Source of the DNA: Candidatus Heimdallarchaeum aukensis
GTDB lineage: Archaea; Asgardarchaeota; Heimdallarchaeia; Heimdallarchaeales; Heimdallarchaeaceae
Direction of reading: 5' to 3'
NCBI GenBank assembly: GCA_021513695.1
Contig: CP084166.1
Span: 608,001-672,000 of the forward strand
Length of the DNA: 64,000 nucleotides
The position numbers and the translations under genes are program-made. Positions 25,494-33,433 of the stretch are shown here, piece by piece (the stretch's first letter is position 1; the number at the start of each line of letters is the position of its first letter). Under the pieces are notes generated by a model. It saw only the letters and a list, made by a program, of their open reading frames with translations, ran no database searches and was not told where the DNA came from.

Positions 25494-27419
25494 TTAATTA
25501 ATATATGTTAGAATGAAAGAATCTTGTATAAGATCTTCTATTTTCTTTTCTTCTATTTTGTCAAAAAACTTACCTGTTTTTGGAATGGAAGTTAGTTTAT
25601 GCCATAATTCCTCGAATTTTCCAATGTTATTAACAAAGTTATCTATCTTTTTATTGGCAGTGAAAGAAGAGCCTTTGAACACATAACAAAAGATTATTCC
25701 TTCCTTGTTTTTGAACGTCAAAAAGTAGTCATGATATTCTACTTGCTTGATTGAACCTTCTGTTGCTAAAACCTCTTTTAATATGTTATTTAAAGCAGAA
25801 AGGAATCCTGAAAATAGAATACTGTCATATTTCTCCTCACTAAAGTTATAACTGTAAAGTGGTATTCCATGTTCATTTAGAATAAGCAACATAACTGGAG
25901 TGTCTTTTTCTATTACTTCGAGTTCGTAGCTAACCCTTTGTATCATCTGCGAAACTAAAGTGTCAACTTGTGTTTTTTCTATTCTTTTCTTTATACTCAC
26001 ATCAGAATTAAGAATTGCTTTCCATTTATTATGTTCTCTTACAATTGAATCATATTCTAAACTTATTTTTTGAGCTAAATTGTCTAATCCTTGAGAAAAA
26101 GCTATCTCCTGCGCTTTTAATAAATCCTCTTGAGCTTCATCAAGATTTAGTTGAATTAGATTAATCTTTCCTTTTAACCAGTAAGCTTCTGCTAAGAGAG
26201 ACCTAGATATTTGCATTTCTGCAATTTTTAATAGCTGAATGTTTATATCCTTTAGTTCATCTATAATTTCGCTTTCATTAAAAATAGTAAGCTCTTCTAG
26301 CAATATTTCAGTAAGGTTTAACATCGCATGAATATTTATCTCATTGTAAATTTCATTCGTTCTAATAATAGAATGAAGAAGAGAGATAGCTTTCGCTTGT
26401 GAAACAAATCTTTTTCGCTCTTTTAATACACTTGCTTCTGTTAGTTTAGCATAAAAACTCAAAAACTTGTTTTTTTCCTTTCTAGATAATTTTTTTAATT
26501 CTTTCAAGTATTCCTGAGCTTTCGATATTTGCCCTAGTAAAATGTGTAACTTAGTCAAATAATAGGTGGATTCAGCTATAATATAGTTAAATTTAACTAA
26601 TTTTGCATAATTTATACTTTTATCGAAAAAATCTAAAGCTAGATTAAACTCTCCTTTACTGAAATAAACGATGCCTATATTATTGAAAACTTGTGAAATT
26701 CCAAAAATATTTTCTTTTTCTTGATAGTTAATTAAAGCATCGTTATATAGTTCAACCGCTTTATTTAGATTTCCTTTTAATCTATAAATCTCACCTATAG
26801 AAATTAAAGTATTGTTAATTATTTGCTTCGAGTTTAAAAATTCACCATAAACAAGACACTCTTCAAAACAAGCAAGGCTTTGATTTAGATTTCCTTTTTG
26901 GGCATTTATTTTTCCTTCTCTATATTTTAAAAAAGCATAAATTTTGGTCTCATTCTTCTCTTTAACTAATTGTAAAGATTTTTTTACTAAATTCAGTGCT
27001 CGTGGTAGATCTTTATAGATAACCAGTAAAGCTTGGCAGAGATTGAAAATGGCATTAACTTCATTTTTATCTTTCTTAATTACCTTTGATTTTGTTTTTT
27101 TGAAGTGTAATAAAATTTCTTCACTTTTTTTGTTTTGTGATAAAAGGAGAGAAAAAACCTCTATCAAATAATAGTAAACATAGAAATCATTAGCCATAAG
27201 TTCTTTCTCATTTTCAAGGTAACTTAAAAGTTGAAGGCCAAATACTTTGCAATCCTCTACTTTACCAAACTCATAAGCTGTTTCAACTTTGTGATTTAAT
27301 AAACTTCTTTTTTCAATTGAAGGTTGTTTTCTCTCTTCTTCATGGTTATTTATTTGGGTAATAATTTCAGAATATTTGGTTGAATCTAGAATTTTTTCGT
27401 TTTCTATGAAATCTATCAC
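25494..27419 (-). CDS. TPR repeat protein with C-terminal longin-like module (paralogue of 14018..16018)
   Basis: Multiple canonical TPRs (e.g. ISIGEIYRLKGNLNKAVELYNDALINY, NNIGIVYFSKGEFNLALDFFDKSINYA). The C-terminus is PVMLLILNEHGIPLYSYNF..DSILFSGFLSALNNILKEVL..GSIKQVEYHDYFLTFKNKEGIIFCYVF. Confidence 0.85.
   Translation of the reverse strand: MIDFIENEKILDSTKYSEIITQINNHEEERKQPSIEKRSLLNHKVETAYEFGKVEDCKVFGLQLLSYLENEKELMANDFYVYYYLIEVFSLLLSQNKKSEEILLHFKKTKSKVIKKDKNEVNAIFNLCQALLVIYKDLPRALNLVKKSLQLVKEKNETKIYAFLKYREGKINAQKGNLNQSLACFEECLVYGEFLNSKQIINNTLISIGEIYRLKGNLNKAVELYNDALINYQEKENIFGISQVFNNIGIVYFSKGEFNLALDFFDKSINYAKLVKFNYIIAESTYYLTKLHILLGQISKAQEYLKELKKLSRKEKNKFLSFYAKLTEASVLKERKRFVSQAKAISLLHSIIRTNEIYNEINIHAMLNLTEILLEELTIFNESEIIDELKDINIQLLKIAEMQISRSLLAEAYWLKGKINLIQLNLDEAQEDLLKAQEIAFSQGLDNLAQKISLEYDSIVREHNKWKAILNSDVSIKKRIEKTQVDTLVSQMIQRVSYELEVIEKDTPVMLLILNEHGIPLYSYNFSEEKYDSILFSGFLSALNNILKEVLATEGSIKQVEYHDYFLTFKNKEGIIFCYVFKGSSFTANKKIDNFVNNIGKFEELWHKLTSIPKTGKFFDKIEEKKIEDLIQDSFILTYIN
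25497..25904 (-). other. Longin-like domain, copy 2
   Basis: It aligns by eye with copy 1: hydrophobic strand + G-I-P-L-x-S/Y-x-x-F, then D-x-(I/L)-L-x-SG-(L/F)-(I/L)-SA-(I/L)-x-N, then G-x-(L/I)-(R/K)-x-(I/V)-x-(H/Y). Confidence 0.5.
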
Positions 27420-27679
27420 CTTAACAAAGAATTTAATAAATTCGCTTCCTTCAACTTAAAGAATATTTCTATTTACGTGCGTGATTTGTATTATAATGAA
27501 ATTATTGATTTTTAAACCTATAACTAAATTATTCTTAAGCTTCTACTTCTCTTTTTTTAATTTGAAAGATTTAAATAGATTCAAGTCACAAAATTACCAA
27601 TAAATTGGAAAAAATAAATAAATGCATCTAAAAATTGGATTTTATTCAGTTAAAAATAGAATTTTAAAGAGTTGATAAG

Positions 27680-30600
27680 ATGAAAAAGAAGACAATAACT
27701 TTGATCTTTATACTGTTAATAATGATTCAAGTATCTTCTTTATTTATAGAAACAGAAGCTTCAAATTACATATATACTCAACTTAAGTGGAGAAAAATAT
27801 CAAGCTACAATTATGGAGAAGCTTCTTTCTTTGACTATGATAAAGACGGAAAATTAGATGTTTTTTTTAAAACAGCAGAAGGCATAGAAATTTACAATCA
27901 TAAAGGAAATCTATTAAAGAAAATTCATGGTTATTTCCAATATACCCCCACAATTACAGACCTAGAAAAAGATGGAGATTTAGAGTTTATTACTCAAAAC
28001 TACTATGGAATAGAAATATACGATTCTACCGGACAATTAAAAGAACAGAACTTAACTTTATATAGTGCCTACGCGAGAATTGTGGTTGCAGACATTAACA
28101 ATGACGGGATACAAGAAATAATTTATCATTCCACAGGTGATATAATATGCTTCAACAATCAATTAGAAGAAATTTGGAGCTATAAATTTGAAAATCCAGA
28201 CTATTATGGAAGTATTTATGATCTCGTAGTTAATTCAGATGCAGATTCTGAAAAAGAAATTGTAGTTTATTATGACAACTCGATTTATCTATTTAATACA
28301 GATGGTGAAAAAAAATGGTCAAAATCCTTACCTTCTGAAGGAATTGTCGCTTATGATTTTAATGATGATGGTATAGATGAAATAATTGGAACCAAATCAT
28401 CAGATTACACAATTTACTCTTTAAACAGTCAAGATGGTTCTGAATTGTGGATTAATGAAATGGCTGTAAACTTAAACCCTTTGCCTATTGACCTTGATCA
28501 AGATGGAATTGTAGAATTAATAGCTCTTTCTACTGATAATGACAAGTCTGAATCTTATATTAATTATATCAATGGAAAAACAGGAGAAGTAGAAGAACAG
28601 GTAACTGTAGATCAAAGATTCTTTACTAATTCATATTACGAATTCTTTCCTGAAACTCCAGCTGTAGGAGATTTTGATGGTAATGGGGTGTTGGACCTTA
28701 TCTTTCTTGCTTTTTCATATGCTTATAGTGTTGCTACACTGATTTATTCTGCAGATGGGTATAGAATAGCAGAATTTGACGAGGGTTCACTAACAACTCC
28801 AACAATTGTTGACCTGGATGGTAATGGAAGAACAGAAATAATGATACGTGATTATTCAGGAATATTCTGCTATGAGGTTACTGGATCAACTTCTGGAAAA
28901 AATATCTGGTATAAAGAAAGAGGAAATATAGCTAATACAATGGTAGTAGATACAGATGGAGACTTGCTAGATGATATAAGCGAAGAATTTTATGGTTCAG
29001 ATAAAGGAAAAGAAGATACTGACGGTGATACCCTTTTAGACGGAATAGAGATAATTGGTTCTGGTTCTTCACCTATAAAACAAGACACTGATGGAGATGG
29101 TTTAACAGATGATGTTGAATATGAATTAGGTTTCAACCCAAGATTAAATGACTTAGATTTGGATTATGATGATGATAGTTTAACCAATTATGATGAAGTA
29201 TTTGTTTATTCAACAAATCCTATGTCTAATGATACAGATAACGATTTACTACTTGATAATGAAGAAATTAATACTTATGGAACGTCTCCAACAAACAACG
29301 ACACAGATGCAGATGGTGTTATTGATGGAGAAGAAGTACATACTTACGGAACATCACCATTAGATAATGATTCAGATGACGATGGAATGGAAGACGGATA
29401 TGAAGTCTTATACAACTTAGATCCTCTTGTAAATGATAGTTATGGAGATATTGACTCAGATGGTTTGTTAAATATTGAAGAGTTTACATACAATTCAAAC
29501 AGTTCAAATGTAGACACAGATAATGACACAATTTCAGATGGTGATGAAGTTCATACTTATGGAACGTCTCCAACAAACAATGATTCTGATGGAGATAATC
29601 TCACAGATAATGAAGAAATTTATACTTATGGAACGTCTCCAACAAACAACGACACAGACGCAGATATTATGTGGGATGGTTGGGAGATTGAATATGGATT
29701 TAATCCCTTAATCGACGATGGAGATGAAGATTTAGATTCTGACGGTCTTTCCAATGCTGAAGAATTTATTTATTCAACAGAGCCTAACAATACTGACTCA
29801 GATTCTGACCAACTCCTTGATGGAGAAGAAGTACATACTTATGGAACAGACCCTGCTAAAATTGATAGTGACGAGGATGAGCTTACTGATTATGAAGAAG
29901 TTATAGTTTATACAACAAATCCTGTGTCTAACGATACTGATAATGACTTAATGGGTGATTATTATGAGGTTAATCATGGTTTAAACCCCCTTGTAAACGA
30001 TACTTTAGGCGATCTTGACAATGATACTCTAACAAATTATGAAGAATTTTTACTTGGTACTTTACCTAATAACAATGATACTGATGGAGATGGAATGAGT
30101 GATGGTTTTGAGTATCAATATGGACTAATTTTAACTGACAATGATTCTTCATTGGACAAGGATAAGGATGGTTTATCTAACCTTGACGAATTTTTACATA
30201 ATACCAACCCTCTCTCTAATGATACTGATGGAGATGGAATGTTTGATGGTTTTGAAGTGCAATATAACCTTAACCCAAATTTAAATGATTCTGCAGGAGA
30301 CCCTGATGCTGATGGAATATCAAATATTGATGAAATGAAATATGGTTCATCACCAATTAGCTCTGATACAGACAGTGACCGTCTAACCGATCCTGAAGAG
30401 ATATTCATCTATCACTCTAATCCTGCAATAAAAGATACAGATGGAGATGGTTTAGAAGATGGAGAAGAAGTACTTGATTTTGGTACAAGCCCAACTAACG
30501 AGGATACAGACGGGGACACTCTTAGTGACTATGTAGAGATTTATGTTTTCCTCACTGACCCAACAGACCCTGATACAGATAACGATGGAATGAATGATGG

Positions 30601-31624
30601 AGAAGAAATAGAAATAGGAAAAGATCCGCTTACTAAAAACTACTACACACCACTTTCTAAACTTCTACTTATATTGCCTATTGTTGGAGGAATAGTCCTC
30701 TTTGGTGGCTTAATATATGGAGCTATGATTTTTTCTAAGAAAATTAAAGAGAGAAAGCGTAAAGAGATAGTAGAAAAAGAGATTCTGTTGCTTAAATCTG
30801 AGCATCTAAATTTAGATGACAGGATAAACATTCTAGCAAAAAAAGAATCTATTTTTACTGATAAAATCACTTTTCGCTCTTTGGTTGATGTGACTAAACT
30901 CTATTTCAACTTTCTTGCAAAATTTGACGATAAATACACTTTAATTACTAAATTCAAAGAAGTTGGTAATCTTCAGGAATGGAATGAAGTGAAGGAGAAA
31001 GCTTTTTCATCCTTTGAACGGCTATTAAATACAATAAAAGACAATCTCCATTCCTTTGACATAAACGACATAATAAAGAATCAGTATCCTTCACTAATAA
31101 ATCTTGAAAAGAAAGGCGAACTAACAGCAAAAGAACTCTTACAAGTTCATTCTGATGGAAAAGATTTACACCTCTATGTTGAAGAATTCAAAAAATATCT
31201 AAAGATTTTACTAAGAAGATTGAACGCTTTAGAATCTCTCTTTTCAACTAAAGATGAGCTTTTGGATATTGTTGCTTCAAGTTCAATTATTACTGCTCTA
31301 AAAGAAAAAGATTCATTAATTACTCAACTAGAGAGGAACGAGATCAAATATGTTCGAGAAAAAATAAATGCAGAAAATCATTGTATTTACTGTGGTATTC
31401 AACTACATGATGATGCTAAAACATGTTCAAACTGCCAACGCACTCTTCCTTCTTGCCCTATTTGTAAAAATACTTTCAGATTCTTTGATGAAGTCTATAC
31501 TTGTCCCGAATGCTTTTCAAAGATTCATAAAGATGAACTGGAGATTTGGTTAGGAGATAAAGGAACTTGTCCTAAATGTAACAAATCTATTACTTTATAC
31601 AACTTAGATGTTGAAATAATCTAA
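27680..31624 (+). CDS. Giant type-I membrane protein: FG-GAP/integrin-alpha-like propeller + thrombospondin-type-3-like Ca-binding repeats + TM + coiled-coil + Cys-rich zinc module
   Basis: Signal peptide (ITLIFILLIMIQVSS). Seven or more D-x-[DN]-x-DG-x-x-[DE] FG-GAP-type loops (DYDKDGKLDV, DLEKDGDLEF, DINNDGIQEI, DFNDDGIDEI, DLDQDGIVEL, DFDGNGVLDL, DLDGNGRTEI). About 25 D-[TS]-D-x-D-x-[LMI]-x-D-x-x-E repeats. TM is LLLILPIVGGIVLFGGLIYGAMIF. The C-terminal zinc module is listed separately. Confidence 0.9.
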   Translation: MKKKTITLIFILLIMIQVSSLFIETEASNYIYTQLKWRKISSYNYGEASFFDYDKDGKLDVFFKTAEGIEIYNHKGNLLKKIHGYFQYTPTITDLEKDGDLEFITQNYYGIEIYDSTGQLKEQNLTLYSAYARIVVADINNDGIQEIIYHSTGDIICFNNQLEEIWSYKFENPDYYGSIYDLVVNSDADSEKEIVVYYDNSIYLFNTDGEKKWSKSLPSEGIVAYDFNDDGIDEIIGTKSSDYTIYSLNSQDGSELWINEMAVNLNPLPIDLDQDGIVELIALSTDNDKSESYINYINGKTGEVEEQVTVDQRFFTNSYYEFFPETPAVGDFDGNGVLDLIFLAFSYAYSVATLIYSADGYRIAEFDEGSLTTPTIVDLDGNGRTEIMIRDYSGIFCYEVTGSTSGKNIWYKERGNIANTMVVDTDGDLLDDISEEFYGSDKGKEDTDGDTLLDGIEIIGSGSSPIKQDTDGDGLTDDVEYELGFNPRLNDLDLDYDDDSLTNYDEVFVYSTNPMSNDTDNDLLLDNEEINTYGTSPTNNDTDADGVIDGEEVHTYGTSPLDNDSDDDGMEDGYEVLYNLDPLVNDSYGDIDSDGLLNIEEFTYNSNSSNVDTDNDTISDGDEVHTYGTSPTNNDSDGDNLTDNEEIYTYGTSPTNNDTDADIMWDGWEIEYGFNPLIDDGDEDLDSDGLSNAEEFIYSTEPNNTDSDSDQLLDGEEVHTYGTDPAKIDSDEDELTDYEEVIVYTTNPVSNDTDNDLMGDYYEVNHGLNPLVNDTLGDLDNDTLTNYEEFLLGTLPNNNDTDGDGMSDGFEYQYGLILTDNDSSLDKDKDGLSNLDEFLHNTNPLSNDTDGDGMFDGFEVQYNLNPNLNDSAGDPDADGISNIDEMKYGSSPISSDTDSDRLTDPEEIFIYHSNPAIKDTDGDGLEDGEEVLDFGTSPTNEDTDGDTLSDYVEIYVFLTDPTDPDTDNDGMNDGEEIEIGKDPLTKNYYTPLSKLLLILPIVGGIVLFGGLIYGAMIFSKKIKERKRKEIVEKEILLLKSEHLNLDDRINILAKKESIFTDKITFRSLVDVTKLYFNFLAKFDDKYTLITKFKEVGNLQEWNEVKEKAFSSFERLLNTIKDNLHSFDINDIIKNQYPSLINLEKKGELTAKELLQVHSDGKDLHLYVEEFKKYLKILLRRLNALESLFSTKDELLDIVASSSIITALKEKDSLITQLERNEIKYVREKINAENHCIYCGIQLHDDAKTCSNCQRTLPSCPICKNTFRFFDEVYTCPECFSKIHKDELEIWLGDKGTCPKCNKSITLYNLDVEII
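27800..28930 (+). other. FG-GAP (integrin-alpha-like) beta-propeller region
   Basis: Periodic Ca-binding loops as listed for the parent CDS. Boundaries are approximate. Confidence 0.6.
28949..30640 (+). repeat. Thrombospondin type 3-like calcium-binding repeat array (coding)
   Basis: Repeated DTDGDGLxDGxE / NDTDNDxLxDxxE units. It includes three 28-nt identical DNA copies at 29271, 29553 and 29622. Confidence 0.8.
31382..31600 (+). other. Cytoplasmic Cys-rich zinc-binding module (zinc ribbon + RING-like element)
   Basis: CIYC-x11-CSNC is followed by CPIC-x12-CPEC-x4-H-x13-CPKC. The segment IHKDELEIWLGDKGTCPKC resembles the C-terminal half of RING-H2 fingers (H..C/x..WL....CPxC). Confidence 0.5.
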
Positions 31625-31722
31625 CTTTTTCTTTTCTTTTATAGGTTTTATTACTTTCAGTTACCTCTCTCTCTGTTACTGAAAATAGGTAAATATTTAA
31701 CCTTAAAAAACTAATAACTCTT

Positions 31723-32745
31723 ATGCCTATCAAATTCGATTTTTCTGCTTATTATGCGTTTAAAGAATTAATAAAAAAGAAAGTAGGAAAAGAAAAAATC
31801 AACAAAGAGTTAGAAGAATTATTTTCGATAAAAGGATATGAGCTATTATTTGAACGAGAGTATAACAAAGAATTTTTCTCAAATGTATTTAAATTTGTCC
31901 TATATCCTGAATTAGCTGAAGTTACAGAGAAAAATCAACTAAAAAGATATGAAAGGTACATTAATCATTTTAATAATATTATTTCTATTCAAGAACAAAT
32001 CGATGAAGGAATTGAGAGCATAAAAAAACAAACTAGTAAATTTCAATCTAACATCACAAATAGAGCTTTCTCTCTTCTTCCATTTGTTAAAGAACAAGAT
32101 ATTTCTGTTTTCATCACTGTTTTTGATATTGATGCAAGAGGAGTAAAAGGTAATAACATTGTAATTGACCCTGTTTTTTGTTCTCATACAGAAAGCTTTG
32201 CAGCAATTTTAGCTCATGAATTACACCATGTTTACAGAAACAAACTTCTTTGCTTTGATTCATCAAAAATAAAAGATGAAGATAAAGAACTTATATGGTT
32301 ATTGGATCAACTTCAAGGAGAAGGAGTAGCAGACCAAATAGACAAAGAATATTTTATTTTTTCAAAAGAAAAAACCGTTTTTCCTAATGAATATGTGACA
32401 CAGTTTACACATGCTTTTAACTCAGCACGAGAAACAATTTCTTTAATCAATAATTATATCGAAAAAGTTTCTACAGCAGATAACTCTAACGAAAAGAGAG
32501 AGATATTGAAAGAAATGCGTGGTAAAATTCCTTTAGGAGGACATCCTACAGGTTTTTACATGACAATGATTATTATTAAAGAAATGCTTTATGATAATCT
32601 AATCAAAGATGTAGGTAACCCTTTTGCATTTATCAGGCTTTATAACCAAGCAGCTTCTAGAGATAGAGAACCTTTGCCTATTTTTTCTAACAAGTCTCTA
32701 GAATACCTTAACAAGCTAGAAGAAGAATACTGCATAAAAACTTGA
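31723..32745 (+). CDS. Putative zinc metallopeptidase-like protein (HExxH)
   Basis: There is a single HELHH motif (AAILAHELHHVYRN), with a downstream acidic QGEGVAD as a possible third ligand. Nothing else is recognisable. No signal peptide. Confidence 0.4.
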   Translation: MPIKFDFSAYYAFKELIKKKVGKEKINKELEELFSIKGYELLFEREYNKEFFSNVFKFVLYPELAEVTEKNQLKRYERYINHFNNIISIQEQIDEGIESIKKQTSKFQSNITNRAFSLLPFVKEQDISVFITVFDIDARGVKGNNIVIDPVFCSHTESFAAILAHELHHVYRNKLLCFDSSKIKDEDKELIWLLDQLQGEGVADQIDKEYFIFSKEKTVFPNEYVTQFTHAFNSARETISLINNYIEKVSTADNSNEKREILKEMRGKIPLGGHPTGFYMTMIIIKEMLYDNLIKDVGNPFAFIRLYNQAASRDREPLPIFSNKSLEYLNKLEEEYCIKT

Positions 32746-32825
32746 ACTATCGATATTTTCTTTTTTATTATACAATAAAGAGTAAAAAGAATAGGTTTTT
32801 ATTTTGCTATTGTTTTTTATTTTCA

Positions 32826-33389
32826 ATGAGTTCTAAAGACACAAATGATGTTTTATCAAAGCTTGTTGATAATTTTTTAAGTAAAGTTGGAGATGAGAAT
32901 CCACTTGATTTAGTAAACTATTTACTCAACAATGGTAAAAAAGAAGGTTCATTTAACTTAGATCTAGCAAGAAACTTCTTACATATACTAGAGAAACACT
33001 CTAAAAAAGATATGAATAGCGCTTGGAAATTGGCGCTAAAACTTGCCCAATTCCCTTTTGAAAAAATACCAGATGAGAGTAAAGATAATTATGATTTCAT
33101 CATTTTCTTGGGTACATGGAGTTTGGGTTTGATTGCAGGGTTAAATCCAGCTTACTTAGAATTGGCTACTCCTATAATTCAATCTCTAGCCAATGACCCA
33201 AAAACAAAAAAGGCAATCAAACAAGCAAAAAAGGGTATAAATCGTGCAATTGCTAATACAAAAGAAGAAAAAGAGAAAGTACTTCTGAAAACAAAAGAAA
33301 TTATTGACAAATTAAGTTTTCAGGAAAAAATAGAAGATAAAACAAATAAGTTTATTTCTAGATTTAAGAAAAAAGAAAAGAAAAAATAA
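32826..33389 (+). CDS. Hypothetical helical protein with K-rich tail
   Basis: I moved the ORF start to the ATG at 32826; the track's upstream extension is F/Y/C-rich junk that overlaps the previous gene's end. No recognisable motifs. Confidence 0.5.
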   Translation: MSSKDTNDVLSKLVDNFLSKVGDENPLDLVNYLLNNGKKEGSFNLDLARNFLHILEKHSKKDMNSAWKLALKLAQFPFEKIPDESKDNYDFIIFLGTWSLGLIAGLNPAYLELATPIIQSLANDPKTKKAIKQAKKGINRAIANTKEEKEKVLLKTKEIIDKLSFQEKIEDKTNKFISRFKKKEKKK

Positions 33390-33433
33390 TTGAGAATAGA
33401 TAATTGAATAACTTAAAAACTAGTTATACTATA

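Noticed and set aside
31382-31600. Calling the C-terminal Cys cluster a canonical RING finger
   Set aside because: The ligand spacing is C-x2-C-x12-C-x2-C-x4-H-x13-C-x2-C, which is seven ligands with no C3-x-H4 spacing. It does not satisfy the RING consensus, so it is reported only as RING-like and is not annotated as an E3 ligase.
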